From Patescibacteria group bacterium UBA6201 (GTDB lineage Bacteria > Patescibacteriota > Minisyncoccia > Phycocordibacterales > UBA918): DNA of 61,942 nt. Shown here one piece after another: positions 1-8,422 of this stretch (the stretch's first letter is position 1; the number at the start of each line of letters is the position of its first letter). Made by a program: the position numbers and the translations under genes. The DNA is taken from assembly GCA_002422025.1 (NCBI GenBank), contig DISV01000004.1, positions 216,367 through 278,308 on the forward strand, written 5' to 3'. The notes under the pieces are model-generated. The model was not told the origin of the DNA. It worked only from the letters and a program-made list of their open reading frames with translations, and did not search any database.

Positions 1-14
1 GGCCGTTTTTCATT

Positions 15-36
15 TGTGCGCCTACCAGGACTCGAA
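15..36 (-). repeat. 22-nt duplicate of the 3' end (T-arm plus acceptor strand) of the neighbouring tRNA-Arg gene
   Basis: tgtgcgcctaccaggactcgaa at 15-36 is identical to 178-199. No complete cloverleaf can be built around the first copy. Confidence 0.7.
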
Positions 37-179
37 ACTTACAATTTCAGTACGGGTTGTCGATATTTTGTTTCGGCTCACGCCTTACAAAATATCAGGC
101 AACCCCTTCTCGTCCTGGTAGACACCAAAATAATAGTCTCCAAAACCTTCAAGTATTCGCTTTTGTCTCCTTTATTTTG

Positions 180-251
180 TGCGCCTACCAGGACTCGAAC
201 CCAGAATAACTGATCCGAAGTCAGTTGTGATATCCATTTCACTATAGGCGC
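180..251 (-). tRNA. tRNA-Arg (anticodon TCG), CCA not encoded
   Basis: The reverse complement folds as a 72-nt cloverleaf. Acceptor GCGCCTA/TAGGCGC, D arm GTGA/TCAC, anticodon stem ACTGA/TCAGT with loop CTTCGGA, T arm CTGGG-TTCGAGT-CCTGG, discriminator A. Confidence 0.85.
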
Positions 252-327
252 AATGTGGGTATCATACTTTAAGCAAGCCAAAACGCAACGACAAAGTATC
301 AATGTGTTGTACAATTCAAGGAATATT

Positions 328-1800
328 ATGATAACTAGGGAAGACATACCAAAGGAGGTGAGGGGGGTTGCAGATACGCTTGAGGAGGCCGGTTTTGAGG
401 CTTACTTAGTCGGTGGTTGTGTCCGTGACCTAATGTTAGGACGTGAACCAAAGGATTGGGACATCACCACTAATGCTACTCCGGACCAAATCCAAGCCCT
501 GTTTCCTGAAACATATTGCAACAATGACTTTGGTACAGTTGGCGTTGTTAATGAAAACGTAGAAGACGTACGACTCAAGGTGGTAGAAGTCACTCCATAT
601 CGTAAAGAGAGTGAATATTCAGACAAACGCCGTCCTGATAGTGTCGAATTTGGTGTATCCCTGGAAGAAGACTTGGAGCGAAGAGACTTTACCGTAAACG
701 CCATCGCATTTAGAGCCAAAAACGCTACGCTAGTGGATCTTTTTGATGGAGAGGGTGATATACGCAAGAAACGCCTAAAAACTGTTGGGGAGGCAGATAA
801 ACGCTTTGGGGAGGATGCATTACGTATGATGCGAGCAGTACGCCTTTCGGCCGAGTTAAATTTCGCTATTGAAGCGGAAACAATGGCCTCTATCACCAAA
901 AACTCTGCATTACTTGCACATATTTCTACTGAACGTATCCGAGATGAGTTCCTTCGCATTATTGATTCTTCAAATCCAATGCTTGGTGTAGCGATGCTTG
1001 AAAAACTAGGTCTAATTGACTATGTTTTGCCAGAAATTAAGGACAGTATCGGATGTGACCAAGGCGGGATTCATGCTTATGACGTCTATGAGCACCTGTT
1101 ACGTAGCCTCCAAGCTGCGGCTGACAAAGGATACTCAATTGAAATGCGTCTAGCTGCCTTACTTCACGATATCGCTAAGCCAGCTACCAGAAGGGAAGGG
1201 GGGCGGACCAAAAAATACACTTTCTTCGGGCATGAAGTAGTGGGAGCCCGCATGACAGCCAAAATAATGAAGCGGCTTAAAATGCCAAAGGAAATAGCTG
1301 AAAAAGTAGAAATGATGGTCCGATGGCATATGTTTTTTGCTGACCCTGACCTAATTACTCTCTCAGCCGTACGACGTACTATTGCGCGAGTGGGGGAGGA
1401 GAATATTGATGATTTGTTGAATTTGCGAGTTTGTGACCGTGTCGGCACTGGGCGACCAAAGGAACAACCGTTTCGATTTCGTAAATATAAGGCAATGGTG
1501 GACCAAGCCCGTCGCGACCCAGTCTCAGTCAAGATGTTAAGGACTAATGGAGAACGAATAATGGAAAAAACTGGTGAGAAGCCTGGTCGCAAACTTGGTT
1601 ATATTTTGCATGCACTATTAGAAGAGGTCTTGGAAGATCCAGCACGAAATACTGAAGAATACCTTGATGGAAGAGTCGCAGAACTAATAAAAATGGACGA
1701 AAGCTCACTTAAAAAGCTAAGCGAAGCAGGCAAAGAACGCCAGAAAGAGGAAGAAGAAGCGGCAATCAAGGAGATAGAACGAAGCCACAAAGTTGGTTAA
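328..1800 (+). CDS. cca: CCA-adding enzyme (tRNA nucleotidyltransferase) with HD domain
   Basis: GGCVRDLMLGREPKDWDITT polymerase-beta-type nucleotidyltransferase motif, RRDFTVNA, and a later HD-type region (LLHDIAKP). The ATG at 328 gives the usual N-terminus. The ORF-track start at 253 abuts the tRNA. Confidence 0.85.
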   Translation: MITREDIPKEVRGVADTLEEAGFEAYLVGGCVRDLMLGREPKDWDITTNATPDQIQALFPETYCNNDFGTVGVVNENVEDVRLKVVEVTPYRKESEYSDKRRPDSVEFGVSLEEDLERRDFTVNAIAFRAKNATLVDLFDGEGDIRKKRLKTVGEADKRFGEDALRMMRAVRLSAELNFAIEAETMASITKNSALLAHISTERIRDEFLRIIDSSNPMLGVAMLEKLGLIDYVLPEIKDSIGCDQGGIHAYDVYEHLLRSLQAAADKGYSIEMRLAALLHDIAKPATRREGGRTKKYTFFGHEVVGARMTAKIMKRLKMPKEIAEKVEMMVRWHMFFADPDLITLSAVRRTIARVGEENIDDLLNLRVCDRVGTGRPKEQPFRFRKYKAMVDQARRDPVSVKMLRTNGERIMEKTGEKPGRKLGYILHALLEEVLEDPARNTEEYLDGRVAELIKMDESSLKKLSEAGKERQKEEEEAAIKEIERSHKVG

Positions 1801-1819
1801 TGATGACTTATAGGCACAT

Positions 1820-2027
1820 AAATTACCAAAATTGAGGAAAGTTCGAGGCGCACTAGGAAAATAATACGAGGTGTATATGGACATACAGCGTGAGAAAGTC
1901 TGGGAGACTTTCGCAAGAGGTTGCCAGCGATTCTGACGCGAGGAAGAATAGCGACAACCTGAACAGCTTATGTAAGAAGTATTATTTTCCGACGTGCAAT
2001 GAAGAAATTGGCCAATTTTGGTAATTT
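1820..2027 (+). ncRNA. Candidate structured ncRNA of about 208 nt, class unresolved (RNase P-like CR-I/CR-V-like strings, but non-canonical topology)
   Basis: ORF-free. A 15-bp closing helix (1820-1834 with 2013-2027) and a nested 12-bp helix (1856-1867 with 1979-1990). Internal hairpin gaaagtct-ggg-agactttc. A 16-bp hairpin follows at 2039-2086. Confidence 0.45.
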
Positions 2028-2038
2028 GATATAAAAAA

Positions 2039-2086
2039 GGCCTGAGGGGTAAGGTGACAATTGCTTGTCCTCTTACCTCTCAGGCC
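2039..2086 (+). terminator. Long GC-rich hairpin, possible terminator of the upstream RNA or cca transcript
   Basis: ggcctgaggggtaagg pairs with tcttacctctcaggcc (16 bp including GU pairs). Only a short T run (ttt) follows. Confidence 0.4.
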
Positions 2087-2613
2087 TTTGTATGTGTCTC
2101 TCGACACATATATGGTTGGGTTTGGGTCTCTTTATTTTCGAGGCAATATACCTCAAGTGGAACCCTCTTATAGCCTAATGGCACGGGGTGCTCCTTTATT
2201 GACCGAGACTCCATACGTTGTACTCTTTGTACTCGTCTGTACCGTTTGAACATTGAGAATCCTTTAGTAGGGCTCTCGTTAGAACTCACGTAGTTTTTGT
2301 TTTGCGCCAGATGCGCAAGTCGGAAGGGCATCTAAAAGTTATGTCCTTTAGACTCTCCTTCTTTTCGACTCATGCTCCTGACAATGAGTTCTGATTGAGT
2401 ATGGCTACATACTCTAGTGTGGTGTTATGAACGTTGTTAGATTATTTGGAGGTATTCTAACTTTGTGGAACGAACTCTTTAGGGTCTTGCGACGCCCGTC
2501 CTTTCTGGACCTTCCCCTAGTGTATGTCCTTTAGTTTTTTATGTAAAGGACAATGCATGTGCATAACTGTGGATAAGTGTCTGTAGTTGTCCTTTATAAA
2601 TATAATTTGTCTT

Positions 2614-3405
2614 TTATATTGACAACTCTACTGAAACAGGGCAGTGATCACTACCTAAAACATCAGGGTGGATGTTGGCTTTTTTGATCAAAGGCTCTAA
2701 TTGTTTTGAAACCATTACATAATCAATACGCCAACCAACATTTCTATCTCTAGCCTGACCCCAGTGTGACCACCAAGTGTAGTAACCATTTCCTTCGTGA
2801 AACTTTCTAAAACTGTCAACAAAGCCTGCTTTGAACATTTCATCAATTCCAGAGCGTTCCTCATCGGTAAAGCCCTTCTTGCCCTTGTTTTCCTTTGGTC
2901 TAGCTAAGTCATGTTCCTGATGTGCCACGTTTAGGTCCCCACAGAAGATAACTGGCTTCTTTGCCTCTAACTCATTCATATAATATATGAATGCCTTGTC
3001 CCACTCAGTCCGTACCGGTAGGCGAGATAGATCATCCTTAGCGTTTGGCGTATAGACTGAAACAACATAAAAAGCCTCAAACTCTAAGGTAGTTACACGC
3101 CCTTCTGTGGTAGTGTCTCCGTACTTGTCCATCAAGGTAAACTTCTGTTTCACACTATCTGGCAGCCCATAAATGGCCTCAATTGGTGCTATTTTTGTGA
3201 AAATAGCAGTACCAGAGTAGCCTTTTTTAGTGGCCGACGACCAATATTCATCATAATCGGGCAAATCCACCTCACTTTGCCCCTGTTCTGCCTTAGTTTC
3301 CTGCAAACAAAGGATGTCTGGCTGGTGACGCTCAATCAAAGGCAGAAAAAGACCTTTTTTATGCACCGCCCGGATGCCATTAACGTTCCATGAGTAAATT
3401 TTCAT
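2614..3405 (-). CDS. xth: Exodeoxyribonuclease III (AP endonuclease, EEP fold)
   Basis: MKIYSWNVNGIRA N-terminus, LQETK, GDLNVAH, and a C-terminal SDHCPV motif typical of the ExoIII/APE1 family. Confidence 0.9.
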   Translation of the reverse strand: MKIYSWNVNGIRAVHKKGLFLPLIERHQPDILCLQETKAEQGQSEVDLPDYDEYWSSATKKGYSGTAIFTKIAPIEAIYGLPDSVKQKFTLMDKYGDTTTEGRVTTLEFEAFYVVSVYTPNAKDDLSRLPVRTEWDKAFIYYMNELEAKKPVIFCGDLNVAHQEHDLARPKENKGKKGFTDEERSGIDEMFKAGFVDSFRKFHEGNGYYTWWSHWGQARDRNVGWRIDYVMVSKQLEPLIKKANIHPDVLGSDHCPVSVELSI

Positions 3406-3518
3406 ACCACTAGTTTACCAGATTCTATAAGGTTAGAGTCTTGGTTTACCATACGATGTGCTTAAAATGAAAAAGCGTGACTTTTTAAGTTGGGTAACTT
3501 TTCTGTTCATGATATCAC

Positions 3519-3548
3519 TTGTGCTATTATACCCCATATGGGTATAAT
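3519..3548 (+). promoter_or_regulatory. Promoter with overlapping CsoR-type operator palindrome
   Basis: ttgtgc (3519-3524), then 18 nt, then tataat (3543-3548). The inverted repeat tataccccatatgggtata (3528-3546) resembles the known TACCC-N-GGGTA CsoR operators and overlaps the -10 element. Confidence 0.6.
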
Positions 3549-3557
3549 GTTTTGTGT

Positions 3558-3827
3558 ATGAAAGCAGAAATCAAAAAAAGCATCACTAATCGCCTCAGAC
3601 GTATTGAGGGGCAGGTTCGTGGTCTTCAAAAAATGGTTGCCGACGAACAATATTGCATTGATATCATCACCCAGTCATGTGCAGTGCGAAGCGCACTTTC
3701 AGCTGTTGAAGATTTAATGCTTGAAAATCATTTGTCCGAGCATGTCATACACCAAATGAAACAAGGGCAAGAAGTTAGAGCTGTTGGTGAAATTATTAGT
3801 ATTTTTAAAAAAGCTAAGAAGAAGTAA
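3558..3827 (+). CDS. csoR: CsoR/RcnR/FrmR-family metal-sensing transcriptional repressor
   Basis: RLRRIEGQVRGLQKMV and YCIDIITQSCAVRSAL are the signature of the DUF156/CsoR family. The gene sits upstream of a copper ATPase. Confidence 0.85.
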   Translation: MKAEIKKSITNRLRRIEGQVRGLQKMVADEQYCIDIITQSCAVRSALSAVEDLMLENHLSEHVIHQMKQGQEVRAVGEIISIFKKAKKK

Positions 3828-3868
3828 CGCGAACTGTGCCAGTTGAGGTTATTAACTAAATCAATCAT

Positions 3869-4291
3869 ATGGAAAATAAAAATCAAATAATCATTGTTGG
3901 TCTCCTTGCCCTGATTGTAGGTCTGCTCTTTGGGTACTTCTTCGGGACAAACACTATGTCACCACGAAATTTCTCTAACGGTGAGTTAATGTACGAAGAA
4001 ATGGCTGAACATATGTATAACGATGAAATTGTTAATAACGACGGTGCAATGCAACATGCCATGGACGAGATGATGCTTGGTTTTAGGGGCCTAGAAGGTG
4101 AAGCGTACGAAGAGATGTTTTTGCGCGGAATGATTGTTCATCATCTTGGTGCCATCAGTATGGCGGAAGATTTGCTTGAACAGACCAATCGTTCAGAACT
4201 TATTGAACTAGCCAATAACATTATCAATAGCCAAACGGGCGAAGTTGAAATGATGAAGATGTGGCTGGGGACTTGGTTTAATAAAAATTAG
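3869..4291 (+). CDS. DUF305-family membrane-anchored protein (copper-associated four-helix protein)
   Basis: N-terminal TM helix. MIVHHLGAISMAE and NIINSQTGEVEMMKMWL match the DUF305 repeat pattern. Confidence 0.7.
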   Translation: MENKNQIIIVGLLALIVGLLFGYFFGTNTMSPRNFSNGELMYEEMAEHMYNDEIVNNDGAMQHAMDEMMLGFRGLEGEAYEEMFLRGMIVHHLGAISMAEDLLEQTNRSELIELANNIINSQTGEVEMMKMWLGTWFNKN

Positions 4292-4292
4292 T

Positions 4293-4769
4293 ATGAAGAA
4301 CAATCTTTTTATTGGGTCCCTAGTTATTGCGGTATTAGGTATTGCTGGCACCATGGCGATGCAGACATTACCGCAAAATAACTCTAAAACTGAAACTACT
4401 ATGACCGCAATGCTATATAAGTCACCGAGTTGTGGATGTTGTGGACAATATACAGCGTACTTAAGAAAGGAGGACTACGGTGTTGACGTGAAGGATACGG
4501 AAGACATGTCAGCCATCAAAGAACAATACGGCGTACCTTATGAGATCGAAAGTTGCCACACTATGATAATTGAAGGATACGTGGTTGAGGGTCATATTCC
4601 TGAAGAAGCAGTTCAAAAACTACTTGCAGAAAAACCAGACATAAAAGGAATCGGTATGGCGGGTATGCCATCAGGTTCTCCCGGTATGCCCGGTCCCAAA
4701 AAATCGGACTTTGTTATCTATGAAATCACTCATGAGGGACAAAAGGGGAACGTATTTATGACAATCTAA
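4293..4769 (+). CDS. DUF411-family metal-binding protein (CopG-like)
   Basis: Signal/anchor sequence, then SPSCGCCGQY and CHTMIIEGYVVEGHIP, as in DUF411. Gly/Met/Pro-rich stretch (GMAGMPSGSPGMPGP). Confidence 0.7.
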   Translation: MKNNLFIGSLVIAVLGIAGTMAMQTLPQNNSKTETTMTAMLYKSPSCGCCGQYTAYLRKEDYGVDVKDTEDMSAIKEQYGVPYEIESCHTMIIEGYVVEGHIPEEAVQKLLAEKPDIKGIGMAGMPSGSPGMPGPKKSDFVIYEITHEGQKGNVFMTI

Positions 4770-4771
4770 CT

Positions 4772-6760
4772 ATGGAGCATAATCACCACAATCATACTAA
4801 CCATGTAGCTCACGGCATGAGTCATGGTTCAGCGGCTGAATATCTCAGGCGCTTTTGGATTGTGACCTTCTTACTCATTCCACTTGTTTTTACGAACGAA
4901 ATGGTAACCGAGTCTCTTGGTACTGGTAGGTTGCCGTATGCCCAAGTCATCGGGTTTGGTATTGCAACAATCATCTTTGGCTTTTCACTCGTGTTCTTCC
5001 AACACGCTTGGCACGAAATAAAGTCCCGCAAATACGGTATGATGACACTCGTCTCGCTCGCTGTAGGGAGTGGGTATTTATTTTCAGTTGCTTCTACATT
5101 CATACCCGCTCTTGAAGTTGAATTCTATTTAGAAATTTCCACCCTCGTATGGGTACTTTTGTTCGGGCATTATCTGGAAGCCAAATCAAGCGGAGCAGCC
5201 GGAAATGCTTTGACAGAAGTAGCAAAATTGCTTCCGAAAAAGGCACACAGACTTACGGATGGGGAGGAAGTCGATGTAGACATCGAGCATCTACGAGAAG
5301 GCGATGTAGTCGTGGTAAAACCTGGAGAAAAAATGCCAGCGGACGGAATAGTAATAAGTGGTTTTGCTAACGTTAATGAGTCACACATCAGTGGCGAGTC
5401 CAAACCAGTTGAGAAGAAAGAAGGTATGAGTGTGATCGCGGGAGCAGTTTGTCTTGACGGTTCACTCACCATCAAACTCTCTCGAGTCGGTGAACATTCA
5501 ACGGTCGGGCAAATACAAAAGCTTATCGAGCAAGCAGGAAAGACTAAGCCACGCTCACAGAAAATTGCGGACAAAGCATCTGCCGTACTCACTTTTGTTG
5601 CAGCTATTACTGCACTCGGCACGCTCCTTGTTTGGACGCTAGTTATCGGAGAACCTTTTGTGTTTGCTATTACCCTCGCTATCACAGTACTGGTCATTGC
5701 TTGCCCACATGCACTTGGACTCGCTATCCCGACGGTCACCACAATCACCACGTCACTAGCAATAAAGAATGGCTTTTTTATTAAGGACCTTTCAAAGATT
5801 GAAACGATACACAAGGTAGATTATGTGATCTTCGATAAAACTGGCACACTCACTAAAGGAGAATTTGGTGTGACTGAGATAGTCAGTGAGGAAGAGTCCG
5901 ATAAAGATAAGGTGCTTTCCATCGCCGCTTCCCTCGAACAACATTCCTCACACATTATTGGACAGTCGATATTAAAGTACGCTCGTGAGCAAAAAAGTAC
6001 TCTGTCTGAAATAAATAATTTTCAAAATATTGCAGGACAGGGGATACGGGCTGAAATTGATGGTCAGGAATATTTTGCTGGCAATGAGCGTTTACTGAAA
6101 GGGTTTAACTTAAAATTTGAAGCGCAAAAAAATATCGATGGGACTATTGTAGTTGTCGCCGATAGAGAGAAGGTGCTCGGCTATCTTGTATTATCTGATG
6201 AGATCAAACAATCTTCGTATGAAGCGGTAAAAGAGCTACACAAAATGAACATAAAGGTTGCCATGCTTACGGGCGATAATGAACAAGTTGCAAAATCAGT
6301 ATCAGATTCGCTCGGTATTGATAACTATTTTGCAAATGTATTACCCGGAGATAAGTACACCCACATCAAACAGTTACAACAACAAGGTAACACTGTAATA
6401 ATGGTTGGAGATGGTGTGAACGATGCCCCGGCCCTTACTCAAGCAGACGTAGGAATTGCTATTGGAGCAGGTACTGATGTGGCGGTCGAGTCTGGAGATG
6501 TTATTTTGACACAGAATAATCCTCAGGATATCGTACGCCTGATAAAATTATCAAAAAAGGTCTACGTAAAAATGATTCAAAATCTTGTCTGGGCACTTGG
6601 ATATAATATCATAGCTATTCCAGCAGCGGCCGGTGTATTCGCTCATACGTTTTTCTTTGGGGGATTCTTTTTGCGGCCCGAAATTGGTGCGCTGGTAATG
6701 AGTCTCTCAACTGTGATTGTGGTTGTAAACGCCATGACATTGAAACGAATTAAGTTGTAA
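4772..6760 (+). CDS. copB: Copper-translocating P1B-type ATPase, CopB-like (CPH motif, His-rich N-terminus)
   Basis: MEHNHHNHTNHVAHGMSHG His-rich head, TGES-type actuator (SGESKPV), ACPHALGLA in the TM helix, DKTGTLT phosphorylation site, GDGVNDAP hinge. Confidence 0.9.
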   Translation: MEHNHHNHTNHVAHGMSHGSAAEYLRRFWIVTFLLIPLVFTNEMVTESLGTGRLPYAQVIGFGIATIIFGFSLVFFQHAWHEIKSRKYGMMTLVSLAVGSGYLFSVASTFIPALEVEFYLEISTLVWVLLFGHYLEAKSSGAAGNALTEVAKLLPKKAHRLTDGEEVDVDIEHLREGDVVVVKPGEKMPADGIVISGFANVNESHISGESKPVEKKEGMSVIAGAVCLDGSLTIKLSRVGEHSTVGQIQKLIEQAGKTKPRSQKIADKASAVLTFVAAITALGTLLVWTLVIGEPFVFAITLAITVLVIACPHALGLAIPTVTTITTSLAIKNGFFIKDLSKIETIHKVDYVIFDKTGTLTKGEFGVTEIVSEEESDKDKVLSIAASLEQHSSHIIGQSILKYAREQKSTLSEINNFQNIAGQGIRAEIDGQEYFAGNERLLKGFNLKFEAQKNIDGTIVVVADREKVLGYLVLSDEIKQSSYEAVKELHKMNIKVAMLTGDNEQVAKSVSDSLGIDNYFANVLPGDKYTHIKQLQQQGNTVIMVGDGVNDAPALTQADVGIAIGAGTDVAVESGDVILTQNNPQDIVRLIKLSKKVYVKMIQNLVWALGYNIIAIPAAAGVFAHTFFFGGFFLRPEIGALVMSLSTVIVVVNAMTLKRIKL

Positions 6761-6825
6761 CCCACAGTACACCGGTGCAAAGGCCGATTAAGACACTACA
6801 GTGATAGAGAACTACCACTAATAAA

Positions 6826-6852
6826 AATGACTCACTCGATGAGTCATTTTTA
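6826..6852 (+). terminator. Intrinsic terminator after copB
   Basis: aatgactc-actcgat-gagtcatt hairpin followed by tttatt. Confidence 0.6.
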
Positions 6853-6937
6853 TTATCCTTTTACTTTTATAAGAGCGCCACAGTCAGCAATACCTTGTAT
6901 GTTGCTTAAGCAGACATCTATAGTATTGTAGGGCGCT

Positions 6938-8422
6938 ATGTCTAGAAGCGACGGACTCATCACTTTTAATAACGTATCTTACGAGTACGATCCAACAAAA
7001 CCAATTTTAATTGGTGCCAGTTTTTCTATTCGCCGCGGAGCAAAGCTTACCTTGATGGGACAAAACGGGGCAGGGAAGAGTACGCTCTTTAATCTCATTA
7101 CCGGTTCACTAAAACCTGACGATGGTGCGATAAATATTTTGCCACGCACAAGCATCGCCATCTCGAAACAGGTAATTCCTCGTAGTGACCTTACTCTCAC
7201 TGTGCGAGACTTTTTTCAAAAACAATTCACAGAAACTGTTTACGATATTGACCCAAAGATTGACGACGTACTCGAAGTAGTAAATTTGTCCCAACCAACA
7301 GCCGAAGCTAGTAAGGCTTTCAAAGACCGAATAATCGGTAGCTTCTCTGGTGGTCAGCAGGCGCGACTACTTTTGGCTTCGGCACTAATTCAATCACCGG
7401 ACGTACTACTACTCGACGAGCCGACCAACAATCTGGATCGAGAAGGAATTGAACACCTAACTGAATTTCTTAGAGGGTATAAAAAAACTGTAGTGGTGAT
7501 TTCTCACGATGCGGATTTCTTGAATGCTTTCACACACGGCGTCCTGTATCTCAATACGCAGACTAGAACAGTAGAACAGTATGATGGTAACTATCACGAC
7601 GTGGTGGAGGAGATTGCTGCACGGGTAGAAAAGGAGAAGCGAAAAAATGCACAACTTGAAAAAGAGATTCGTCTTAACAAAGAGAAGGCGAACTTCTTTG
7701 CTAATAAGGGTGGCAAGATGCGTATGGTTGCGAAACGTATGCGTGAAGAAGTTGAGGAGTATGAGGAAAATAAAGTGGAAGTCCGTAAGGAAGACCGTAC
7801 TATCCGCCCGTTTAGTATTCCGGCTCAAAGTGGTGTACCACTTGAAGTGCTCAAACTGACTTCATATAAAGTAATTAAAAACCACAAGCCGAAAGATGTC
7901 CCTTGCAACCTTACCCTTAAGCGTGGAGATCATATGCAGATTGTCGGACCAAACGGCATCGGTAAAACTACACTTTTGGAGTCCCTTGCATCAGGACACG
8001 CTCATGGTGAGCAAGTAGCAGCAGGTGTCACTATCGGCTACTACCGACAAGACTTCTCAAACCTCGACTTTGAGCAATCAGTACTAGACTGCCTACTATC
8101 AGTAATGGGGAAAAAGGTGGAGGAGACTGCGCGAGCGACTGCTGCCGGTTTTCTTCTAACGGGCGACCTAGTTAAGGCCAAGATTGGCACACTTTCTGAA
8201 GGACAGAAAGGACTAGTGGCTTTTGCTCGCCTCAAGCTCTTAGAGCCTGGACTCCTGATTCTGGATGAGCCTACCAACCACATCAACTTCCGACACGTGC
8301 CGGTAATTGCTAAGGCGCTGGACGAGTTTCCAGGAGCAATGATACTTGTTTCGCACGTACCTGAGTTCGTGTCACAAGTGAGAATTGACCATACTCTGGA
8401 CCTAAATAAGAAACTTAAGTAG
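6938..8422 (+). CDS. ABC-F family ATPase (two ABC domains, no TM domain)
   Basis: Two Walker A sites (GQNGAGKST, GPNGIGKTT), two signature motifs (FSGGQQ, LSEGQK), and a charged K/E linker between the domains. Confidence 0.85.
   Translation: MSRSDGLITFNNVSYEYDPTKPILIGASFSIRRGAKLTLMGQNGAGKSTLFNLITGSLKPDDGAINILPRTSIAISKQVIPRSDLTLTVRDFFQKQFTETVYDIDPKIDDVLEVVNLSQPTAEASKAFKDRIIGSFSGGQQARLLLASALIQSPDVLLLDEPTNNLDREGIEHLTEFLRGYKKTVVVISHDADFLNAFTHGVLYLNTQTRTVEQYDGNYHDVVEEIAARVEKEKRKNAQLEKEIRLNKEKANFFANKGGKMRMVAKRMREEVEEYEENKVEVRKEDRTIRPFSIPAQSGVPLEVLKLTSYKVIKNHKPKDVPCNLTLKRGDHMQIVGPNGIGKTTLLESLASGHAHGEQVAAGVTIGYYRQDFSNLDFEQSVLDCLLSVMGKKVEETARATAAGFLLTGDLVKAKIGTLSEGQKGLVAFARLKLLEPGLLILDEPTNHINFRHVPVIAKALDEFPGAMILVSHVPEFVSQVRIDHTLDLNKKLK

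Noticed and set aside
253-327. Upstream start (ATG 253) for the cca gene
   Set aside because: It would begin 2 nt from the tRNA gene and add 25 residues with no counterpart in CCA-adding enzymes. The ATG at 328 gives the canonical N-terminus.
16-347. ORF-track entries 16-213 (+) and 78-347 (-) at the left edge
   Set aside because: They overlap the tRNA-Arg gene, its 3'-end duplicate and the hairpin region. There is no start context or recognisable protein features, so I treat them as non-coding.
2061-2331. 62-aa (+) and 83-aa (-) ORFs in the cca-xth gap
   Set aside because: They overlap each other on opposite strands, start inside a strong hairpin, and have no family resemblance. The region is better treated as non-coding or RNA.
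1800-2613. tmRNA or SRP RNA in the 810-nt ORF-free gap
   Set aside because: I could find no tRNA-Ala-like acceptor/T-arm end (GGTTCGA...CCACCA type) on either strand. I also found no SRP helix-8 signature (GGAA tetraloop flanked by AGG and AGCA).
5170-5814. 214-aa antisense ORF inside copB, plus similar long antisense or out-of-frame ORFs: 402-959, 1164-1592, 8847-9611, 21810-22307, 29888-30370, 36173-36595, 47537-47887, 50504-50875, and many on the plus strand opposite the giant gene
   Set aside because: Each is fully embedded in a well-supported gene on the other strand or frame. They have Ser/Arg/Leu-rich mirror-frame composition and no motifs. These are typical shadow ORFs.
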